The notes under the pieces: generated by a model
The model's input: only the letters and a program-made list of their open reading frames with translations
What the model was told of the DNA's origin: nothing
Databases searched by the model: none
Made by a program: the position numbers and the translations under genes
In this document: in pieces, positions 58,750 to 64,000 of the stretch
How positions within the stretch are numbered: position 1 is the first letter of the stretch
Layout: each line of letters begins with the position of its first letter
Origin: a virus
DNA length: 64,000 nt
Reading direction: 5' to 3' (one strand)
Virus record (IMG/VR): IMGVR_UViG_3300021594_000641
Coordinates: 125,676-189,675 of that record

Positions 58750-60202
58750 GTATTTTAAGAATGGTGGAGGTTGTACTCTTGCCCTCAGTCATGGGGACAA
58801 GTTTTACATCTCCACCATTCTTTTTTGTTTCAGCTGCTCCAGGTATGTCACAGCCCGCGTACTCTGAACCTTTTACAAGATAAGAAGGTTTAATTCCTGA
58901 AATCAGAGGAACAAGCTGGTCTTGTTCAAAAGGAACAACAGCGTCAACCACGGACAAAGAAGCAAGAAGCCTCAATCGCAAAGACAAAGGATTAAAAGGC
59001 CTTCCATCGCCTTTAAGCTGTTTTATGCTTTCATCTGTGTTTACTGCGACTATAAGGCTGCCGCCTAGGCTCTTGGCTTCTTCTAAAAGACTTATGTGTC
59101 CGTCATGTAGTATGTCAAAGCATCCGTTAGTAAACACTATTGGATTTTGAACAGTCTTGTTAGCCCTGGCCCAAGACACAGCCTGTTGTACTGTAAGTAT
59201 TTTAGACTCTGATTTTTTAGGAACACAGTCGTGTGTTTCTGCGCATATAGCGGCTATCTCATCAACGCTTACTACAGAAGTATTTTCTTTTGTGACGGCA
59301 ACGCTGGAAGCGGCATTAGCGTAAGCTACCGAAGTTTTAATTGGATAGTTACATTTCAAAGCAGAAGCCAGAGCCGAAACAAAAACGTCTCCAGCGCCAG
59401 TTACGTTAGCGGGCCTTTTAGTTAAAGCTTTTATGCTGGAGCACTCACCGCTAAATCTGTCATAGTAAGAACAACCGTGCTGTGATCTAGTTATTACTAT
59501 AAGAGGTAAACTGGGCATAAGCCTAGACAAAGCCAAGGTCAAAGATTCACAATACGCGTCATCTCCAAGTAAGTCTGGAGAGTAGTTTATTTTTAGTATT
59601 TGACAGGCTTCTTTAAAATTAGGAGTTATGCAAAAGCATTCAGACCACAGTCTGGCTGTATTCGGCTTAGCGTCAACAAAAACTTTTATACCTTTTAAAG
59701 CGCAGACCCTTTGCAAACCTTCGGCCAAAGCTGACGATATAGTTTTTTTGTTGTAGTCTGACACAACCAAACAATCAAAGTTTGCCGCTTGGCTTTTAAA
59801 CCTATTAAAAAGAGTTTCAGTTAAATTTTTGTAATCAGAAGAAGTAGATATATCTTTTTCTAAATCAAATCTAAATAGATGATGCTGCCAGGATACTATC
59901 CTTGTTTTAACAGGTGTGTTCCAGTCAGATAACTTGACCAAGTCACTCTTGACGCCAACAGAAGAAAGATGGTCTTCCAGGTAAGAGCCTTCTTGATCTT
60001 TTCCAACTGCCGAAAAAAGAGTTACGTTTTCACCCAGCTCTTTTAAGCAAGCTGCTACGTGCGCCGCGCCTCCTGGGCACTGGCTTTGCCTGTTTATCAA
60101 GGCTAGCGGTACCGGGGCTTCTGGAGATATCCTGGAGACTTCTCCAAAAAGATACCTGTCCAACATCACATCCCCGATAACCGCTACGCCTTTAAAAGAC
60201 AT
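58724..60202 (-). CDS. hldE: Bifunctional heptose-7-phosphate kinase / heptose-1-phosphate adenylyltransferase (start revised to MSFKGV)
   Basis: VIGDVMLDRY, GGAA, KTRI, SDYNK, TPNFKEA, VTGAGD; then VFTNGCFDILHDGH, KGDGRP, KGSEY, STTSTI. Confidence 0.92.
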   Translation of the reverse strand: MSFKGVAVIGDVMLDRYLFGEVSRISPEAPVPLALINRQSQCPGGAAHVAACLKELGENVTLFSAVGKDQEGSYLEDHLSSVGVKSDLVKLSDWNTPVKTRIVSWQHHLFRFDLEKDISTSSDYKNLTETLFNRFKSQAANFDCLVVSDYNKKTISSALAEGLQRVCALKGIKVFVDAKPNTARLWSECFCITPNFKEACQILKINYSPDLLGDDAYCESLTLALSRLMPSLPLIVITRSQHGCSYYDRFSGECSSIKALTKRPANVTGAGDVFVSALASALKCNYPIKTSVAYANAASSVAVTKENTSVVSVDEIAAICAETHDCVPKKSESKILTVQQAVSWARANKTVQNPIVFTNGCFDILHDGHISLLEEAKSLGGSLIVAVNTDESIKQLKGDGRPFNPLSLRLRLLASLSVVDAVVPFEQDQLVPLISGIKPSYLVKGSEYAGCDIPGAAETKKNGGDVKLVPMTEGKSTTSTILKILSSSSQTL

Positions 60203-60210
60203 CGTGCACC

Positions 60211-60390
60211 TCACTGACCTGAATCTATATTTGAATGGTTTTTAACAGGTCTTGGATTTCTTTCCTTGGAGTTAGTCTCGTTGCAAGGGCCACAAACTCT
60301 GTTGGTTAACTTATTGACCGACTTGAATACCTTGCCGCACTTTATACAAGGTCTGTTGCCGGGTCTATCGTCAGGGTAATAACCAGCCAT
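60211..60390 (-). CDS. 59-aa Zn-finger protein missed by the ORF track
   Basis: GAGG RBS; MAGYYPDDRPGNRPCIKCGKVFKSVNKLTNRVCGPCNETNSKER... Confidence 0.7.
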   Translation of the reverse strand: MAGYYPDDRPGNRPCIKCGKVFKSVNKLTNRVCGPCNETNSKERNPRPVKNHSNIDSGQ

Positions 60391-60397
60391 AGGTACC

Positions 60398-60844
60398 TCA
60401 AGTTAAATCTAAAACGTCATCGTCTGTGTCACTCTGATCGTCTTCATCTTGTTTTGATGAAAACATCCTTCCTCCCAGTCCTTCTTTTCTTTTTCTATTT
60501 TTACAAAATTTAAGAAGCAAGTCCTCAGCGTCTTCGGTGCTCTTAAACTCCATAAGAGTAAAAGTAACAGAAGAGTCAGAAATAGCTTTAGCATAAGGCT
60601 CTGTAAGAGGGTCGCAACGTCCTAGCTGCCACCTAGACGTGAATATCTCTAAAACGTCAATCGCCTCTTCATAAGAGTAAGAAGCGTCGTCCAAAGGGAA
60701 GGACTTTAATTTTATATATTGGAAAACAGGTTTATCGTCATTTACGCGCTGATAGCTGACAGGCAAATCTTGGTCAGAGGGTAAATAGGGTATGTGAGGA
60801 ACTACTACTTTGAACCTTACGCCTTCTTCTTTTATTTTTGGCAT
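60398..60844 (-). CDS. Hypothetical protein
   Basis: AGAGG RBS; acidic C-terminus. Confidence 0.7.
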   Translation of the reverse strand: MPKIKEEGVRFKVVVPHIPYLPSDQDLPVSYQRVNDDKPVFQYIKLKSFPLDDASYSYEEAIDVLEIFTSRWQLGRCDPLTEPYAKAISDSSVTFTLMEFKSTEDAEDLLLKFCKNRKRKEGLGGRMFSSKQDEDDQSDTDDDVLDLT

Positions 60845-60889
60845 GTTTAACCTCTATGCGCGCATATCTCAATAATAAAAATAATACAC

Positions 60890-60920
60890 GCGTTTGGCGT
60901 GCTTGCAACACGCCAAACGC
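60890..60920. terminator. 12-bp perfect hairpin, possible terminator or processing site
   Basis: GCGTTTGGCGTG-cttgcaa-CACGCCAAACGC; U-tract placement is not canonical on either strand. Confidence 0.5.
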
Positions 60921-60925
60921 AAAAA

Positions 60926-61696
60926 TCACAAGTAAAAAGAACCAAAAGTAAAAAAGTACTTTGACTTCTTAGGCCTATGTCTTATGAGGTCAGACATAAA
61001 CTTTGAAGAGTAAGCTGGAGAAAGGCAACCGTAAGGATAAGATATTTGCGATGCTACCTTAACAAATGCGGATCTACCTTTAAAAACAAGTTTGTTACTA
61101 TAACTAAAATCAATTGCTTTGCTGGTGTGCAGAACTATTTTAGTTACAACAAACGCTTTGTTTTCTGACGGAAAAGCGTAACACAAGCACGCTCCGCCCT
61201 CTATGCCAACCCTCCTTTTCAGTCTAGATACTGCCTTATTGGCTTCGGCGGTTTTCAGAGACAGTAGCTCTGAAGCCTCCTTGCCATTACATGAAGTCTC
61301 AAATCTTTCCGTAATTACATAAAATAAACTTTCTGGATTAAGAGCAGCTGCTCTCTTGGCTTTACGATATATCTTTTGGGTATACCTTCTAGACCAACAC
61401 CATGGACACATAAAACTAAGTTTACAACTTTTAGGGCTATAGCTTCCAGAGGAGAAAGAACCAACACTAGGAGGGCAGTTTCTAAGATATTGCATTCTAG
61501 ATTCAACACCCATTCCCAAAATGGTTTTGTCTATTCTCCTAAGGTCTTCTAGCTTAAGCCGCCAAAACCTTACAAACTTTTTTGTTTTGTTTTTTATTTT
61601 TTCAAAGTCAAAAACGCTAAGTCTAAAAAGGCTCTGGATCAAACACCTGGTAAGCCTAGTCTTGTTGAGACTAGTTATTTTAAAACGTACGTCCAT
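60926..61696 (-). CDS. Hypothetical protein with a Rep_1/IS91-like Cys motif
   Basis: C...SCKLSFMCPWCWSRR followed by FYVIT; no HUH motif seen. Confidence 0.55.
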   Translation of the reverse strand: MDVRFKITSLNKTRLTRCLIQSLFRLSVFDFEKIKNKTKKFVRFWRLKLEDLRRIDKTILGMGVESRMQYLRNCPPSVGSFSSGSYSPKSCKLSFMCPWCWSRRYTQKIYRKAKRAAALNPESLFYVITERFETSCNGKEASELLSLKTAEANKAVSRLKRRVGIEGGACLCYAFPSENKAFVVTKIVLHTSKAIDFSYSNKLVFKGRSAFVKVASQISYPYGCLSPAYSSKFMSDLIRHRPKKSKYFFTFGSFYL

Positions 61697-61977
61697 TACC
61701 AGGTATTAGCCGTTAAGTCTTCTAAGTCATATTTATCAATCATAAAACTTACAGCCTCGCTTGGAGTCATCTTACAATTAAAGTACTTCATTGATACCTC
61801 GACGTCACCACAAGCGTCATTCCAATCTATTCCGCATCTTTTTTTTAACTCTGCATCAAATTTTTTAAACCAAGATTCGTAAGTATCTGCGGCGACCACG
61901 CGACTGCTCCATTGAAAAAAAGTAACTAAAATAACAGTCATAACAAAAGAAGCAACAGAAAGCAGTAATACTCGCAT
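61696..61977 (-). CDS. Hypothetical protein with N-terminal hydrophobic segment
   Basis: MRVLLLSVASFVMTVILVTFFQW. Confidence 0.6.
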   Translation of the reverse strand: MRVLLLSVASFVMTVILVTFFQWSSRVVAADTYESWFKKFDAELKKRCGIDWNDACGDVEVSMKYFNCKMTPSEAVSFMIDKYDLEDLTANTW

Positions 61978-62046
61978 GTTACACCTTGTTGTATGCTGTT
62001 TTTAAATACAATATTTAATTTTTTAATAAAACAAACGGATAAGCTC

Positions 62047-62295
62047 TCACTTGTTAAACCAGCACTTTCCGCAACCGTTGCATCGCGCTAGCCCGTCTAC
62101 GTCGTCGTCTTCAAATACTTCAGACGTGGAGCAGTAAGGACAGGTGTCGTCAAACTCAACGGCACTTTGCGCTGAAATAGCTTCTTGATCAGAAATCATT
62201 TTTCCTACGGCTTTTAAAATAGTGGTTAAGGCGTTTATTTTTTCTTTTAAATGTTGGTTTTCTTTTTCCAATTCCTCTATCCGCGCATCAATCAT
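62047..62295 (-). CDS. Coiled-coil + Zn-ribbon small protein (start revised to MIDARIE)
   Basis: CPYC...CNGC; AGAGGAG RBS. Confidence 0.65.
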   Translation of the reverse strand: MIDARIEELEKENQHLKEKINALTTILKAVGKMISDQEAISAQSAVEFDDTCPYCSTSEVFEDDDVDGLARCNGCGKCWFNK

Positions 62296-62299
62296 GCTG

Positions 62300-62608
62300 T
62301 TACTCCTCTTTGTTTGAATCCGGCCCTTTAGGCTTAAACCCAAGAGCTTCTGTAACCCACTTATCGGGAACCCAGCATCTTAGGCCGTATCCTGGATCGT
62401 ACCAGTGCCCGCAGTTTTTCTGAACTGCCAGCCTTAGCTTTTTCAACTTGTCAGCATTGTCGTGAGCTATGTCTTGAAACGACAACACCAGAGACTCAAG
62501 AGCCTTTATCCTTTCGTCGTCTGTCAAAACTTTACTCCCCTGGTTCGACGTGTACTTACTTCCCGTAATACTGAAAAAGAACAGCATTACAGTAGCAATG
62601 AACTGCAC
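62300..62608 (-). CDS. Hypothetical protein (true start may be TTG near 62527)
   Basis: LTDDERIKALES... coiled segment; GGAG upstream of TTG. Confidence 0.55.
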   Translation of the reverse strand: MQFIATVMLFFFSITGSKYTSNQGSKVLTDDERIKALESLVLSFQDIAHDNADKLKKLRLAVQKNCGHWYDPGYGLRCWVPDKWVTEALGFKPKGPDSNKEE

Positions 62609-62837
62609 CGACGGTCATTCCTGTGTCGTGGCAGTGGTGTAAATGGACCGGATACTTTAGAAAACCTTTTGGAAAAATCTTGAGGTTTATTTGTTTTTCC
62701 ATTACTTCAAAAGAAGCTGGACCGTCTAAAGCCTCCCCGCAGTGACTGCACCTGCCTTCTTGAAGTAGAACATACTCTTCTCTAACTTTTTTTCTTTGCA
62801 CTCTGCTTAATATCGTATAGTCAACTGGAAGATCCAT
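62556..62837 (-). CDS. Endonuclease VII-like His-Me finger nuclease
   Basis: QEGRCSHCG...LHHCHDTGMTVGAVHCYCN. Confidence 0.8.
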   Translation of the reverse strand: MDLPVDYTILSRVQRKKVREEYVLLQEGRCSHCGEALDGPASFEVMEKQINLKIFPKGFLKYPVHLHHCHDTGMTVGAVHCYCNAVLFQYYGK

Positions 62838-62839
62838 AA

Positions 62840-63142
62840 TTAACCTACTTCTCCCGGAAGTTCACCGATTGGTCGCCAATGCGATATAGCCCGGAGTGGC
62901 CATCTTCCATTCCAATGCAGAACCATGAGTTCAGCCCCACCGTAAAATTCGTGCCGCTGAACAAGGTAATTGCCGTGCCCTGTCGGCGGTTCGCCCCACG
63001 CATCACGCCAGCGAAGCAAATCTTCCAGATTCCTGCACTTCTGACATTTCCCAAGCTGGTTAAGTGCCTCGGTTATTTCTTCCTCTGTTTCATCTCCCGG
63101 CCACTTGCCGATAATCCGGCCTATTGGCGTGTCACTCATCAC
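62840..63142 (-). CDS. Small protein with a DUF551-like C-terminal domain
   Basis: RWRDAWGEPPTGHGNYLV...ISHWRPIGELP. Confidence 0.7.
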   Translation of the reverse strand: MMSDTPIGRIIGKWPGDETEEEITEALNQLGKCQKCRNLEDLLRWRDAWGEPPTGHGNYLVQRHEFYGGAELMVLHWNGRWPLRAISHWRPIGELPGEVG

Positions 63143-63154
63143 TCCCCTCCTTCG

Positions 63155-63245
63155 CCCGGCAGCGGGCCGATTGGTCGCCAGTAATCCACCGGCTTAATTT
63201 CCCAACGGTCATTTTCCCAGTAATTATCCGACCATGATACAATAT
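63155..63245. repeat. 91-bp exact direct repeat, copy 1
   Basis: Identical to 63910..64000. Confidence 0.95.
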
Positions 63246-63478
63246 GGAACCGTAAAACCGATTGGCCACTTGCCTTTCCAGTAAGTGGCGTGGATGCTTG
63301 TGCAACCATCGAAGTCGTTATTTATCACAAGGTAGATGCCTTCCTCCGTTGGCGATTCACCATACGCGTCACGCCAGCGGAGCTGTTCACGCAGCTTGGC
63401 GTTCTCCGACTCAAGCTCAGCAATTTTCTCGTCCGCTTCGCACAACTGGTCGAGCCAGTCCACATCACGGTCGCCCAT
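63224..63478 (-). CDS. DUF551-like paralog with truncated or chimeric 3' end (start revised to MGDRDV)
   Basis: GGGAGG RBS; RWRDAYGESPTEEGIYLV; the expected YWRPIGPLP ending lies in another frame (to 63139). Confidence 0.6.
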   Translation of the reverse strand: MGDRDVDWLDQLCEADEKIAELESENAKLREQLRWRDAYGESPTEEGIYLVINNDFDGCTSIHATYWKGKWPIGFTVPYCIMVG

Positions 63479-63537
63479 TGCATCCTCCCGCTGAACGCCC
63501 AGCCAGTCGCAAAGACTAGCTGGGCACAAACAACCGT

Positions 63538-63834
63538 TTAGCCACCAACTCTGCCGTTGTACCAAGCAGTCACAACCGACATCGCTGCCTTAATAGCAGC
63601 CTCAGCAACAGCGTCTGGAACATCGTAAAACTTGATGTTTTTGCCATCTTCGCCAGAAATCGCACCAACTTGCAGGGATGCCTTGTTGTCCTTGAACGAA
63701 AGGTACTTCAAGTACCCGTACCTGCTGCTGTCGCCGTTTGGCTCAGCAGCTAGTACAGGCATCCTCTGGTGGCTGTCGGAATAAGCACAGCACGAACTAG
63801 TCCAGAAACCCGGAACACTCTTATCGTCAGTCAT
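63538..63834 (-). CDS. Hypothetical protein (start revised to MTDDKSV)
   Basis: GAGGTG RBS. Confidence 0.6.
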   Translation of the reverse strand: MTDDKSVPGFWTSSCCAYSDSHQRMPVLAAEPNGDSSRYGYLKYLSFKDNKASLQVGAISGEDGKNIKFYDVPDAVAEAAIKAAMSVVTAWYNGRVGG

Positions 63835-63899
63835 GTTGTCACCTCGTAGCATTCCATCTCTCTGGAGTCACACCACAGAACGGCAGGTGTCGCCGTGGT

Positions 63900-64000
63900 T
63901 CACTCGCCTCCCGGCAGCGGGCCGATTGGTCGCCAGTAATCCACCGGCTTAATTTCCCAACGGTCATTTTCCCAGTAATTATCCGACCATGATACAATAT
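63900..64000 (-). CDS. 3' end of another DUF551-like gene entering from beyond the window
   Basis: IVSWSDNYWENDRWEIKPVDYWRPIGPLPGGE-stop. Confidence 0.7.
   Translation of the reverse strand, partial: IVSWSDNYWENDRWEIKPVDYWRPIGPLPGGE
63910..64000. repeat. 91-bp exact direct repeat, copy 2 (may extend past the window)
   Basis: Identical to 63155..63245. Confidence 0.95.

Noticed and set aside
63497-63525. 12-bp hairpin upstream of the 63478 RBS as a terminator
   Set aside because: No U-tract follows on either strand; it may be a processing or stability hairpin, but there is no further support.
62840-64000. Diversity-generating retroelement (TR/VR pair)
   Set aside because: There is no reverse transcriptase in the window; the 91-bp copies are identical, and the paralog differences are not adenine-specific.

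Overview
A 64-kb segment of a large tailed dsDNA phage genome, densely coding and almost entirely on the minus strand; only csrA and one neighbour are on +. A Planctomycetota-like host is a weak inference from the YkgJ and CsrA sequence style. Left (1-24 kb): a virion adhesion module with (Gly-X-Thr)n collagen-like fibres, LamG/ConA-like lectin proteins, a YadA-head fibre, poly-Thr linkers and a 1344-aa putative internal/ejection protein. 24-31 kb: glycosyltransferases, a methyltransferase and a probable portal. 32-58 kb: a DNA metabolism block (RuvC-like, DnaQ-like, ACP, ThyX, RecA-like, gp32-like SSB, Dcd, UDG-fused PolA, primase, DnaB-like, SF2 helicase, SbcCD). 58-64 kb: CsrA, a sulfotransferase-like protein, HldE and small early-type ORFs. 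Most striking: (1) two beta-sandwich domains of virion proteins appear cut in half and split over separate ORFs, each time by an inserted cassette ending in a 21-25 residue poly-Thr tract; (2) an apparently catalytically degenerate IS110/Nop(Tas)-like protein sits inside the replication operon; (3) a two-hairpin element between ssb and recA carries a perfect 12-nt anti-Shine-Dalgarno for recA; (4) a +1 frame break separates the giant fibre from its head/chaperone domain. All family calls are motif recognition by eye, with no database search.
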